Under the pieces are notes generated by a model. That model saw only the letters and a list, made by a program, of their open reading frames with translations, was not told the DNA's origin and did no database searches. This document shows positions 29,555 to 39,652 of a DNA stretch of 64,000 nt, piece by piece. Numbering within the stretch: the stretch's first letter is position 1; each line of letters starts with the position of its first letter. The stretch is from positions 124,001 to 188,000 of IMG/VR virus record IMGVR_UViG_3300024308_000302. One strand, given 5' to 3'. Made by a program: the position numbers and the translations under genes.

Positions 29555-29884
29555 TCAACGAATTAAACGGCTCAAATCAGTGAAAAACGCCGCTTTCTTT
29601 TCATAGTTCAATTGAGCATTATCAAAGAGAGCTTTCAATTCTCTTTCAATTTTTTTATAATTATCATCAATTTCTGGATTAAACATCAAATAAAGACGAT
29701 TAAGGAATTTAAGCATAATATCATGCAGAGCAAAAAACTCAACAAATGCCCGTCTATTTTGAATTCTCTGAACAGATGAATAGGACTCTTTATAAATCTT
29801 CACCAAATTAACAAACACAATCGATTGATGAACAGTTACATCCAAATTTTCCAGTTTTGCGAGTGCTTCATTAATGATAGTCAT
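29555..29884 (-). CDS. Hypothetical protein
   Basis: 109-aa ORF. Confidence 0.65.
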   Translation of the reverse strand: MTIINEALAKLENLDVTVHQSIVFVNLVKIYKESYSSVQRIQNRRAFVEFFALHDIMLKFLNRLYLMFNPEIDDNYKKIERELKALFDNAQLNYEKKAAFFTDLSRLIR

Positions 29885-29886
29885 AT

Positions 29887-30132
29887 TTATTTTACCTTTT
29901 TGAAACCACAGTCATAAGAAGTGTTTGCATAACGATGGTACTGACCTTTGTTGATACGCTGAGCATAAAGTTCAGCCAACCAACGGGACTTGAATTTATA
30001 CTTCACTTTAAAACCAGTGCTCACAGTACGAATATCGGCTGTTTCAAATTCCCCGCTGAAATAAACTCTTACGGTACGGAAAAGGCGTTTGGTGAATACT
30101 TTGAAAATAAGACCTGTAAAACCATAGCTCAT
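29887..30132 (-). CDS. Hypothetical protein
   Basis: GAGG SD. Confidence 0.65.
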   Translation of the reverse strand: MSYGFTGLIFKVFTKRLFRTVRVYFSGEFETADIRTVSTGFKVKYKFKSRWLAELYAQRINKGQYHRYANTSYDCGFKKVK

Positions 30133-30195
30133 GGTAAAGCCCTCGGGTGTTTTAAAGCTGAATTATAGCATCATTAAGAAAAATGAGCAAGATAT

Positions 30196-31323
30196 TTAAG
30201 AAATCTTATTTTTGATTTTGCTGGTTTTAAAGAGTTGTTTTAAATCAGTTCTACTAACTTTACCAACTTGCTCTAACTGATGTATTTCTTGTATTTTAGA
30301 TAAAAGATGAGCATGCACTGAATCATAATTGTCCGCATTAAGATTGGCATTGATATAATCTGATGTAAATGGTAAATATGAGTTTTTAAGAACAGGAACT
30401 TTATCTGCATTTTTTAACATGTAATCATGCATTTTTGACTTCAAATAAAGACTGCCATCATCAGTAAATTGAGAACTTTCATAGAAGTATTTTTTATCTG
30501 CACAATAGTCAATAATAGAATTTGATACCATTGTTCCTAAATTCTGTCCTCTAAAATCATAATTGACAGCAATGAATCCTAAATATTTAAATTTGTCTAC
30601 ATGATGAGAAGGGCTAACAAAAGGATTTTTCATAATAGAACCTATTGCAGCAATGTCTTCATCATTATGATAAATAAACCATGTATCATTTTCTTGCTTT
30701 TCCATATTAACAAAAGTTAAACCATTATTGAGATTTAAATAATGTTCTAACCCAGCGTTAGAAGCAAAAGATTGTTCTTTAATCAAATTTGAAATTGATT
30801 CAAGCGAAATATCACCTTCAATAATGGAAAATTGAAGATCATTTTTTGATTTCAAATGTAGTTGTTGTTTTAATGGATTTTTCTCAAACAACTTAGCGTA
30901 ATAAGGATCATTACAGAGATCATTAATGATAGATAAAACTTCTGGTGTATGTTCTGTAACTTCTTTTATCTTGTGACTAAAAAAATCACTGCTATCTATT
31001 ATTTTTTTGACAAATAATCCATTTTGAATGTGATAGTTGAAACGTTCATTAAGCTTATGCTCTTCCAAAACACGTAAATCTTTTTGAAAAGGTGAAGAGA
31101 TATAGGTAAAAGAAACACCATCATCAGTAGCAGATTCAAACAATTTGAAACCCTGATATTTTTTATCAAAATAATAAGACTGTGTTATAGCATGTAATAC
31201 CGTATTACAAACATGAGAAGCTACCGACAAGGAATTAATATCATTTTCATTGATTATGCCATAATTATCTTCATAAGATTTTTTAATAGCATTTTCAAAA
31301 TTAGAAAAATAGTAATGAGACAT
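30196..31323 (-). CDS. GNAT-family acetyltransferase domain protein
   Basis: IAVNYDFRGQNLGT acetyl-CoA motif A. Confidence 0.7.
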   Translation of the reverse strand: MSHYYFSNFENAIKKSYEDNYGIINENDINSLSVASHVCNTVLHAITQSYYFDKKYQGFKLFESATDDGVSFTYISSPFQKDLRVLEEHKLNERFNYHIQNGLFVKKIIDSSDFFSHKIKEVTEHTPEVLSIINDLCNDPYYAKLFEKNPLKQQLHLKSKNDLQFSIIEGDISLESISNLIKEQSFASNAGLEHYLNLNNGLTFVNMEKQENDTWFIYHNDEDIAAIGSIMKNPFVSPSHHVDKFKYLGFIAVNYDFRGQNLGTMVSNSIIDYCADKKYFYESSQFTDDGSLYLKSKMHDYMLKNADKVPVLKNSYLPFTSDYINANLNADNYDSVHAHLLSKIQEIHQLEQVGKVSRTDLKQLFKTSKIKNKIS

Positions 31324-31430
31324 GTTTATAAGTAAGTGTTATATACTAATTATTATACTACATATTTAAAATAAAAAAAGTATTAATAAAAAATCAACTT
31401 ATAAAAAAAGCCCACTGATGTGGGCATTAT

Positions 31431-32402
31431 TTAAGCGAACTTATGAAGCTTGTTAACTAAAGTTTTCAAATTTTCTTTATACTCAGCAGTTACAATGCTG
31501 TTAACCAGACCAGCCATTTGTGGAATACTGATATAGTGAATGTCATCAACTTTTTGAGAAAACTGTCTGAAAGAGTCAATAACACCATCAGATTTGTAAC
31601 CACAAACCTTTTGAACAATAGATGATTGAAGTACCACATTATCATCAACAATCACATAAGGGATAACATCAGAACCAATAATGATTACAGATTTATCTTT
31701 ATCAATATTAACAACTGCAGCTTTACGTGGAGTATTGCGGTTAAAACTGTTAAATAGTGTTACCAATTTTTTAGCATAAGTCTGATTGTTCATTTCGCTT
31801 GCAATAAGCGGGAACTTACTGAGAGGAATAAAGTTTGAAATACCATTCTTTGTTTTAAGTTTAACAGAAAATTCTTGAAAGTTATCACGAACTTTTAGAT
31901 TCTTATAACCACAATAACGCAAAATATCAGTTGCTTTAACAACAATCTCACCAGAATTAGTTGCTACAGAGAAGTAGTGTTTATTAACTTCAATAAAATC
32001 TTCAAGGTCATCTTCAATGGCAACTTCTTTTCGATTTTTGATAGCAGTCATAAAATTACGCAAAAGCCCAGCAACAGCGGCATTCAAAAGAGAGTGGTGA
32101 TTTTGATTGTTAGACAACACACCTACTACATAAGGCAGGTTTTTGATAGCATCAACTGGAATAAAAGAAGCTGATGGATAAAGCTCAATGAAGCTTTTGA
32201 GTTTCAATCGAGCATCATAACGCTTGACCAGATCTCTGTTTACACTACCATTGTCATCCAATTTATAATTCAAGATAGCCATCATGTCATCAAAACAGAA
32301 ATAGGATTTATTGCTTTCAGTTTCATAGACAATACGAATGTCTTGCTTGAGCATTGTGAAGGTGGTAAACAGGTAATTTTTGTATTTGGACCAAGTATGC
32401 AT
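31431..32402 (-). CDS. Bro-N-like repeated DNA-binding domain protein
   Basis: IRIV...YFCFDDMMAILNY; ATDILRYCGYK and VQKVCGYK repeats. Confidence 0.5.
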   Translation of the reverse strand: MHTWSKYKNYLFTTFTMLKQDIRIVYETESNKSYFCFDDMMAILNYKLDDNGSVNRDLVKRYDARLKLKSFIELYPSASFIPVDAIKNLPYVVGVLSNNQNHHSLLNAAVAGLLRNFMTAIKNRKEVAIEDDLEDFIEVNKHYFSVATNSGEIVVKATDILRYCGYKNLKVRDNFQEFSVKLKTKNGISNFIPLSKFPLIASEMNNQTYAKKLVTLFNSFNRNTPRKAAVVNIDKDKSVIIIGSDVIPYVIVDDNVVLQSSIVQKVCGYKSDGVIDSFRQFSQKVDDIHYISIPQMAGLVNSIVTAEYKENLKTLVNKLHKFA

Positions 32403-32488
32403 TAAGAGAAAACCTTACAAATTTAAGATGGGGTAATTATAACAAAGAAACAGGCGTTAAACAAGAAAAAAAGGCATAAAAATATGCC

Positions 32489-32812
32489 TTAAACGAAAAC
32501 AACATCTGAACGAGTTCTTGGCGTGAACTCAAGAGGATAACCAGCAGAGACACCCATTTGAATAAGGTTATCAGTGACAAATTCAACCAAAACACAGTCA
32601 ACATCAAAATCAAAAGAACTCTGGCCTTTGTCATAAACCATAAAATCAGAGCTAATAGAGTGATTTGATCTTTTTAAACTGATTTCAAAATCTTCATAAT
32701 CACTATTCGAGTGATATTTTGAATAATAAGCGGCTTTAACAGAAGGACCAAACATATCTTTAAAAAACTTGGTAAGACCTTCATTCAGAATTGCATATTG
32801 AATAGAAGACAT
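32489..32812 (-). CDS. Hypothetical protein
   Basis: Start revised to MSSIQ (GGAGG SD). Confidence 0.7.
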   Translation of the reverse strand: MSSIQYAILNEGLTKFFKDMFGPSVKAAYYSKYHSNSDYEDFEISLKRSNHSISSDFMVYDKGQSSFDFDVDCVLVEFVTDNLIQMGVSAGYPLEFTPRTRSDVVFV

Positions 32813-32850
32813 GATTAAACCTCCAAAAAATAAAGGCACATTGCTGTGCC

Positions 32851-32976
32851 TTAGTATTGTTCCTTTAGATGGGCACGCTTATCGCGGCCTTTCTTTTCCT
32901 TGCGTTTTTTGTCCACCTGAACAGAAGATTTGTTGTAGGTGTTCATGTGTTTTGCAACAAAGTTGTTTTTCATCAT
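32851..32976 (-). CDS. 41-aa basic phage protein (not in ORF track)
   Basis: MMKNNFVAKHMNTYNKSSVQVDKKRKEKKGRDKRAHLKEQY; GAGG SD, own promoter and terminator. Confidence 0.75.
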   Translation of the reverse strand: MMKNNFVAKHMNTYNKSSVQVDKKRKEKKGRDKRAHLKEQY

Positions 32977-33047
32977 AAAACCCTCAATAAGTTTGGAATG
33001 CGAGCATTATACACAAAATCCAAACTAAAATCAAGGATTTTGCGAGT

Positions 33048-33380
33048 TTACTTCACCTGACGTAGTTCTTGTGCCAGATTTGGATGATGCAGATTTTGCA
33101 GCAAGATGTTACGAATAAATGCACCATGTTTGTAAAGACTGATTTTAGTTACATGACCATCAGCACCATGACTGATAACCAATTTAAAATGGTCACCTAC
33201 TAATGAAACCTGAATATTTTTGCGGTCAGCAACTACTGAAACTTCATCACCAAAGCCACATGATTTATGGACCTTATCAAGCTCTTTTTGAGCATTACTG
33301 ATAAAAGCCCGAAGCAAATCTTTGGTGGTATGGTCAATAAACTGATTTTCAAATTTATTCAGAGAACTCATAGCAATCAC
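33048..33380 (-). CDS. Hypothetical protein
   Basis: 110-aa ORF. Confidence 0.65.
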   Translation of the reverse strand: MIAMSSLNKFENQFIDHTTKDLLRAFISNAQKELDKVHKSCGFGDEVSVVADRKNIQVSLVGDHFKLVISHGADGHVTKISLYKHGAFIRNILLQNLHHPNLAQELRQVK

Positions 33381-33437
33381 CCGAAGTTAGTTAAAGAAAA
33401 TCCAGAAACCCTATTAGAATCTCTGGAGGTAATGAAT

Positions 33438-33497
33438 TGGAGGTGCGTATGGAATTTTACCACGGATGTTGCAACTGGATTTTATAGTCTCCGCACC
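33438..33497 (-). ncRNA. 60-nt reduced tRNA-Cys-like RNA
   Basis: GGTGCG/CGCACC-TCCA acceptor (U73), TTGCAA; own promoter TTTACA-17-TATACT at 33553..33581. Confidence 0.5.
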
Positions 33498-33587
33498 TAC
33501 AGACCACCAGCATCCCCTTTCGTTTGGCCAAAACTTTCACATCAACGGAGCAAGTATATCAAAAAAACACACCGCTGTAAAGCCTTT

Positions 33588-34037
33588 TCAATCTTTTAAA
33601 GAGAAATTTTTAACAGTGTTTTTACCATTTTCAACGGTATGGATTTGTACAGATTCATTGTATACAATAATAACAGACATTTGTGTATTTTTTATATCAT
33701 TGACCATATCAAGAGAAGTATAACCACTTGAGAAAGAACATTCAGCAGATGAACATTCTGTAAAAAAATCACTAATGATATCTTTAATTTTTTTGACAAA
33801 GTTCAAATGAAGCTCTTCATCAAAATAATCACCTTTACGGGTAACAAAATTGATCGATTCGTGAACTCGTTTTGGCATTGTATAAAAAGAAGATTCTAAA
33901 TTGGAAATAAAAAGGTCAAGCGAAGCTTTATTATTCGCTTTCTGTAAAATGGTGTTAAGTTCTTCATCGGTTCCCTGCCAACCACCTACAGCAAGAAGGC
34001 CACGAACGTAATCAAGATTATATTCAGCAATGTTCAT
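33588..34037 (-). CDS. Hypothetical protein
   Basis: AGGA SD. Confidence 0.7.
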   Translation of the reverse strand: MNIAEYNLDYVRGLLAVGGWQGTDEELNTILQKANNKASLDLFISNLESSFYTMPKRVHESINFVTRKGDYFDEELHLNFVKKIKDIISDFFTECSSAECSFSSGYTSLDMVNDIKNTQMSVIIVYNESVQIHTVENGKNTVKNFSLKD

Positions 34038-34081
34038 AGTTAATCCTATTATATAAAGATATTTATTATACCATGATAATG

Positions 34082-35125
34082 CTAAATTTCAATCATTTCA
34101 AGCAGAGCAACATCCTCTTTTGTAAGTGTATTTGTTTCAAAAGGGATATCTAATAGGCTTTTCACTTCTCTAGTTGGCATATACATTAAAGTTAATTGTT
34201 TAATATAATCTAAAAAATATATTCTATAATATTGAAAGCTTAAATCACAATTTAAATTATTAAAATCGATCTTTAATTCAATTGATTCATCAAATAAAAC
34301 ATTGCAATCATGTTCCTCATGATAATTTATAACGACTGTTTCAATGAAACTTGTTTGCAAATTAGAATCAATGTGCCACATAATATTGATAAATGACTCA
34401 AAACCAATATGGCTTGCAGTAGTGTTGATTTTAAAATATAAGATAAAAGAGCTTTTTGATACAGATTCTAATAAAAGAGGTTTATCAATAATGAATTTCC
34501 CATGTCTTTTGAGATTACCTACTTCAGAATCAGTCCACTGCAAAACTTGTTCAATATAACGAATTAAAGATAAAGCCTTGCAACTGTCATCTGTAAATTT
34601 CAATTCATTTGAAATATGGCCTGCATTTTTATAAGCATCATCTTTATACGTGCCAATTAGTAAAGATGTCTTTTCATTGTTGTAACAAATAAAATAAGTA
34701 TGTAAATTAAAATAATGTTTGTTTTTTCTTAGATTAAAATTATCAAGATCTCCATAAACAATAGTTTCAATAGATGGAAGCATTTTTGAAAATACATAAC
34801 TATCAAGTTGCTTATAATAAATGAAATTTTTATACATGTAATTGTAAATGAATTTCTTTTTTGAAAACTTAAAGCTATCAGGTAAAATTGAATGATTATT
34901 AGCAACTAAGGCATCATTAAAAAGAACATAAGTATGACAAAAGGTAGTAGATATATCAGACTGCTTAATAAAACTTAGAAAAATATCAAACCCATTAACA
35001 TGATAAGAATAAGTTTCATAGTACATAGCAGAAGCTGTCGAAATAGTTTTAGTGATTTTTTTGTTATCGATGATTAAAGAATGAAAATTTAGATTGTTCT
35101 TAACATAACGAATAATATTAAACAT
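34082..35125 (-). CDS. Hypothetical protein, C-terminal motif family
   Basis: Ends VALLEMIEI, TAG stop. Confidence 0.75.
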   Translation of the reverse strand: MFNIIRYVKNNLNFHSLIIDNKKITKTISTASAMYYETYSYHVNGFDIFLSFIKQSDISTTFCHTYVLFNDALVANNHSILPDSFKFSKKKFIYNYMYKNFIYYKQLDSYVFSKMLPSIETIVYGDLDNFNLRKNKHYFNLHTYFICYNNEKTSLLIGTYKDDAYKNAGHISNELKFTDDSCKALSLIRYIEQVLQWTDSEVGNLKRHGKFIIDKPLLLESVSKSSFILYFKINTTASHIGFESFINIMWHIDSNLQTSFIETVVINYHEEHDCNVLFDESIELKIDFNNLNCDLSFQYYRIYFLDYIKQLTLMYMPTREVKSLLDIPFETNTLTKEDVALLEMIEI

Positions 35126-35217
35126 AATTTAGTCCTGTAGTCAAAAAAGTATAGGCTAAAAATATTTAATGTCAAAAAAAAACCGCCCGAAGGCGGTTGT
35201 AATGAACTGTCAAACAG

Positions 35218-36126
35218 TTATTGAATTTTCCCTTCGTGTGAAAGGATGATGAATCGAGCAACTTTAACAGCGTCTTCAATGCTGCCTTTGAAGAAGGTCA
35301 AGAAACCACTTTTATGGCAGAACCACAGACCTTCAATACCAGATACTTTCACCAATTCATCTTCTTTCAGTCCCCGCCAAGCCATTGGTGTTGGCGATTT
35401 CTGAGAGAAATCATTACGTGGGTCAGATGGAACAGTTTTAATGGCCCAAGTACCATTGCTATGTGGGTAGATAACCATTTTCTTGTCAGTCAATTTAGCC
35501 ACACGTTTTGTAGCATCCTTCACGTTGCTTTCGCAGACAACAACATCTGGATAAATTTCACTTTTCTTGATTGCTTTCACAATTTCTTTATCAGCCTTGA
35601 TGTTACCACGCACATAAGTAAAGAAGTTGATGAAGTAATCAACAGCAGCACGCAAAGCACGCTTGAACTGACGATCTTGTGCCGAAGGATCATCTGGTTT
35701 ACGGTTGTACATGACCAAGAAAATCAATTCAGACATTTTTTCAAGACCATTATCGTGCATATCAACACGACGAATCAGGTCATTTTCAATAACATCCATA
35801 GTATCTTCGTTCATGTGCTGATGAAGTTTCTTATTTTCACGCAGCCATTTCCAAACGATGCCGCAAGAAGACATAGGAAGGCCGTCTTTCCAACGCAAAG
35901 AATCATCGTTTTGGTGATGGTCGAAGTTACGCATTTCTGGGTCATAAACACCACCAACATCGACTACAAAGGTGTCTTTGTCAGCACGAGCAGCAGCAAG
36001 AATTTTTTCGTCACGGGTACGAATGAGTTCAACTTTTTCATCTTTAGCAGTAAAGTAGGTTTCCAAAAGAGCGATTGCGATCAATTCGTCAATGTGGAAT
36101 TGTTGAGAGTGAGTAACGACTTTCAT
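35218..36126 (-). CDS. MYG1 family (DHH-related) exonuclease/hydrolase
   Basis: VTHSQQFHIDE, IRTRD, VDVGGVYDP...FDHHQ, DMHDNG, FCHKSGF. Confidence 0.9.
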   Translation of the reverse strand: MKVVTHSQQFHIDELIAIALLETYFTAKDEKVELIRTRDEKILAAARADKDTFVVDVGGVYDPEMRNFDHHQNDDSLRWKDGLPMSSCGIVWKWLRENKKLHQHMNEDTMDVIENDLIRRVDMHDNGLEKMSELIFLVMYNRKPDDPSAQDRQFKRALRAAVDYFINFFTYVRGNIKADKEIVKAIKKSEIYPDVVVCESNVKDATKRVAKLTDKKMVIYPHSNGTWAIKTVPSDPRNDFSQKSPTPMAWRGLKEDELVKVSGIEGLWFCHKSGFLTFFKGSIEDAVKVARFIILSHEGKIQ

Positions 36127-36300
36127 TTCATTAGTCCTTGTTTATTTGATGAGGCTATTATACACAAAAAACTGAATAGAAGCAAGAAAATTAATAATTG
36201 AAAAAACTGAGATACAAACCATATTATGTACAATCATTTTAATAGCACAAAAAATGTGTTACAATATTACCATAAACAAAACAAAACAAAAAGGAAAGAT

Positions 36301-36837
36301 ATGTTGTTATTCAAAAAATCATTGGCTGATAAATTAGAAGCAAAAATAATCGAATTATCAACAGAATTCAGGGATGAATATCAAAAAAGACACAACCAGA
36401 ATTATTTGGATGGATTAGAGCAAAAAGTAAAATCAAACAAATTTAAAGCTGCTGCTGGTTTTGTTGGTGCAACAGTTGCAGGAGTTGCTAGCATCGGTGG
36501 AGTATTTGGCGTTGCAGCAGGTGCAATAGCCACAACAGCAATTATCCCAGTTGTAGGTGTCAGTACAGTGATAGGTATCACAGCACTTGGGTATGCAGGG
36601 ATAAAAAAATTGGTAGCTGATAAGGCAAATAAAGAATTGTTAGACAACTACGATCCAGTAGTAGGACATAAGCTTGAGAATAAATTTGAAAGTAAATTAA
36701 GAAAATTATTATCAAAAACTGGTGATTCAATGAGTGAGCAATTAAACCAGATAAAAGATGCAATAAAAAATAATGATATGAACAGCTATGAAAAAGCAAT
36801 TAATGATGTAAAAAAGGCTGCCAAAAATAAAATTTGA
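36301..36837 (+). CDS. Membrane protein with Gly/Ala-rich hairpin
   Basis: Start revised to MLLFKK (AGGA SD); long Gly/Ala hydrophobic segment. Confidence 0.7.
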   Translation: MLLFKKSLADKLEAKIIELSTEFRDEYQKRHNQNYLDGLEQKVKSNKFKAAAGFVGATVAGVASIGGVFGVAAGAIATTAIIPVVGVSTVIGITALGYAGIKKLVADKANKELLDNYDPVVGHKLENKFESKLRKLLSKTGDSMSEQLNQIKDAIKNNDMNSYEKAINDVKKAAKNKI

Positions 36838-36908
36838 AATAATTTAAAAATAAAAAAGAAGCTGAAGCTTCTTTTTTTAACAATTAATTTCTGTATGTTA
36901 TTAAATTT

Positions 36909-37367
36909 TTAGGAATTTTTATTTAATTCAACAGCTTGAAGTGTCTTTGCGTTCTTAATTTGATCATGAAGAATACCAATAAAAAATACAAGAAAGAAAC
37001 AATAAAACATGGGTAAAATACTAAAAAAGAAAGAAAGGAGTAATCCAAAAGAGATCGGTAATATTGAGATATTACGTAAAACTAAAAAACTTTTAAGATC
37101 ATCTTCTTTAACTTGTAAAAACGTTAATGTCCACCAAGCCATATATAATAACCAAGATATGCTAACATATACTAGATATTTATCAACAAAATGAATTAAA
37201 GGTCCGAGCGTGTAATCATAGATAAATTTTAATGTATCATATATATAACCTGACTGACTGACTAAACTTTGAAGAGTTATTGTTATAACGCTCAAAATTA
37301 AAATAATACCAACAAGTTGTAAGAAAGATTTAAACATAACAGAGCATAATTTTTTATTTTGTATCAT
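36909..37367 (-). CDS. Membrane protein
   Basis: Several hydrophobic segments. Confidence 0.65.
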   Translation of the reverse strand: MIQNKKLCSVMFKSFLQLVGIILILSVITITLQSLVSQSGYIYDTLKFIYDYTLGPLIHFVDKYLVYVSISWLLYMAWWTLTFLQVKEDDLKSFLVLRNISILPISFGLLLSFFFSILPMFYCFFLVFFIGILHDQIKNAKTLQAVELNKNS

Positions 37368-37514
37368 AATATATCCTTTATATAAGCTAAATAATAAAAT
37401 AACAAAAATAGAATACCATTCAAAAATACAAAATCAACAATTAACTAAGTAGTATTTAAATTTTAAAAATCAAAAAAAACCGCCTAAGCGGTTTAGTTGT
37501 GTCGAACATAAGCT

Positions 37515-38126
37515 CTATTGAAGTAAATTCGCAAGATTTTTAAGTTTTTCTGCAACTTCTGGAGAAATTGTTGGTAAGAACTTCTTTTGAATATCTTTTA
37601 ATTTTTTAAATTGCTCAAAATGCATAGGATAAGTCCAATCATCAACAGAATGCCCTGAACAATTGTTTTTACAGTATTCATTTCTAAGAACAATAATGGA
37701 AACATCAGTAAGATCAACTACAGCTTTTTTCCAACTACTTTCAATATTTTCTGGCAAGTTAAATAGCAAAGAATAATTATTCAGAGAATGTAAATCAGTA
37801 GTTGTAAATGGTTTTTCAAATTCCATAGTATTAGCAACAACAAAATCAAAATTTTCTTCAATAATTTTAAGCTTTGAAACAATAATCTGATTAGTAATTG
37901 ATTGATTTGATTTCAAGCCACTAATAGGGAAATCAGTTAGATCAATTTTTCCAGCAGGATCATCTTCAAGTGAAATTTTACGTGAAAGAATAGTACCATC
38001 AGGAAGCCATTCTGATTCAGGATCACGGATAAGTACATGTTTCAAAACATCCATTCGGCTTTGAAAAAGGAGTGGATATTTGATAATGTGATTTTTGATA
38101 TTAATTTCTGCTGGAGCTAAAGGCAT
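37515..38126 (-). CDS. Hypothetical protein
   Basis: GAGGA SD; KYPLLF...RMDVLKH. Confidence 0.75.
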   Translation of the reverse strand: MPLAPAEINIKNHIIKYPLLFQSRMDVLKHVLIRDPESEWLPDGTILSRKISLEDDPAGKIDLTDFPISGLKSNQSITNQIIVSKLKIIEENFDFVVANTMEFEKPFTTTDLHSLNNYSLLFNLPENIESSWKKAVVDLTDVSIIVLRNEYCKNNCSGHSVDDWTYPMHFEQFKKLKDIQKKFLPTISPEVAEKLKNLANLLQ

Positions 38127-38203
38127 GACTGTATCCTCTAAATAATTAGATAATTATAGCATAGACCAATATAATAAACAATAAAAAAGCACCCGAAGGT
38201 GCT

Positions 38204-38428
38204 TTAATCCAATTCTACTGCATATAACATGTCATAATAAACAAAAACAATTTTGTTATGTTCAACAGAAACATTTTTGATTCTTTTCTTTTGTAAACTA
38301 CGACCTGATTTTTTTAGAAACTGAGCATGAGCAATTTCAATGAGTTCTGGTTCAAGTACAGACAGTTCTTTTTTGAGTGCTTCAAATCGTGAAAATTTTT
38401 CTTTAATTTCATCTGAAACGAGTTGCAT
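38204..38428 (-). CDS. Hypothetical protein
   Basis: AGGA SD; UUCG terminator follows. Confidence 0.7.
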   Translation of the reverse strand: MQLVSDEIKEKFSRFEALKKELSVLEPELIEIAHAQFLKKSGRSLQKKRIKNVSVEHNKIVFVYYDMLYAVELD

Positions 38429-38508
38429 ATTTTTTCCTTATAGATAATGTTAAAACAGGAACCTACCTGTTTCAAGCCAATTATATAGTAATATATAGTA
38501 AATGTCTA

Positions 38509-38955
38509 CTACATTTTTTTACCATCAAAAATGACAGTTTCATCAGGATCAAATCGAATGGCTGCACATATGACAATAGATTTGTCATAGTCCAATTCAT
38601 AATTCATATGTGTGCTTGGCTCAAGACTTCTAAGACTACGAATTAGAGCATCAGACCTATCATGAGTGATTAAAGAAGCAATAATTTGCAATTGGCCATA
38701 ATTGACGATGTTGCGAATAACAATCCTCAAAGACGATTTATCTTGAGAAATAGAAGCTGGTCTGGCATAAATAACTTCTTTTTTGCAGAGAAGTTCAATG
38801 GATTTGTCATCATATAGCATGAATTCCAAACATCGATCTGGCTGTAATGAGCGTGCTTTATCAACACGATCCTTAGTTTTGATGAATGTACCCAAGACAT
38901 TAAAATCTGCTGGCGTAGCAAATCCTTGGGCTACTAAAAAATTTGTATGTGCCAT
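38509..38955 (-). CDS. Hypothetical protein
   Basis: GAGG SD. Confidence 0.7.
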   Translation of the reverse strand: MAHTNFLVAQGFATPADFNVLGTFIKTKDRVDKARSLQPDRCLEFMLYDDKSIELLCKKEVIYARPASISQDKSSLRIVIRNIVNYGQLQIIASLITHDRSDALIRSLRSLEPSTHMNYELDYDKSIVICAAIRFDPDETVIFDGKKM

Positions 38956-39040
38956 AATAGAAACCTCATTAATGCAAAAACTATATCACTAATACTTAAA
39001 AAATACAAATAAAAAAACCGCTCGAAAGCGGTTTAGTGTT

Positions 39041-39117
39041 TGGTACAGTCAGGAGGATTTGAACCTCCAACCTTCCTCGGCAAAATGAGGATGCTCCACC
39101 CATTGAGCTACAACTGT
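39041..39117 (-). tRNA. tRNA-like RNA with 8-nt anticodon loop (AUUUUGCC), identity undetermined
   Basis: ACAGTTG/TGACTGT-ACCA, intact D and T arms, stem TCCTC/GAGGA. Confidence 0.65.
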
Positions 39118-39130
39118 AGAAATTAGGTCA

Positions 39131-39213
39131 GGGATGGAGAAACCTCTCAACATCCCCTAGTGACACGCCCCGCGACACCGCTGTCACCTCGCACCCTTTA
39201 GCGGATGCCCCAC
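39131..39213 (-). ncRNA. Structured three-hairpin RNA, copy 1
   Basis: Homologous to 59608..59694 with compensatory changes. Confidence 0.75.
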
Positions 39214-39282
39214 AAGTCTTTCATGTTCTGTATGTTGCTTATAATATCAAACTTTGAAGCTTTAGTCAACATCTTTTTAATT

Positions 39283-39356
39283 AGGCTCCGTGGTCTGGAT
39301 TCGAACCAGAGACTCCCCCTAATCGCGGAGTTGTTTTACCACTAAACTACCACGAA
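39283..39356 (-). pseudogene. Atypical tRNA (loop GCGAUUA, 3' end GCCU)
   Basis: TTCGTGG/CCACGGA acceptor, good D and T arms, no U33 and no encoded CCA. Confidence 0.55.
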
Positions 39357-39652
39357 ATAACATCTTGTTTCAATGTGTGTATAATATCAAAAAATAGAAA
39401 ATAAGTAAAGATATTTATTATAAAAAATATCTAACAACATATCAATTATAATAGTTTTTTTTAATTTAAAATCATGGAAATAATTTAATAAAATTTATGA
39501 TAAAGTATAGATTATGCTTAAAAAATAAAATTTTATTTTGTGTCATGGTGGTTTCTTTACTTATATAAAAAATGCTTTTAAATCAATTTAATTTAATTTG
39601 ATTTATTTTAAAAGTATATTAAAATATAAATATAACAACATCTAATATAAGC

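Noticed and set aside
35314-36201. 295-aa + strand ORF
   Set aside because: Antisense shadow of the MYG1 gene; no SD or recognisable motifs
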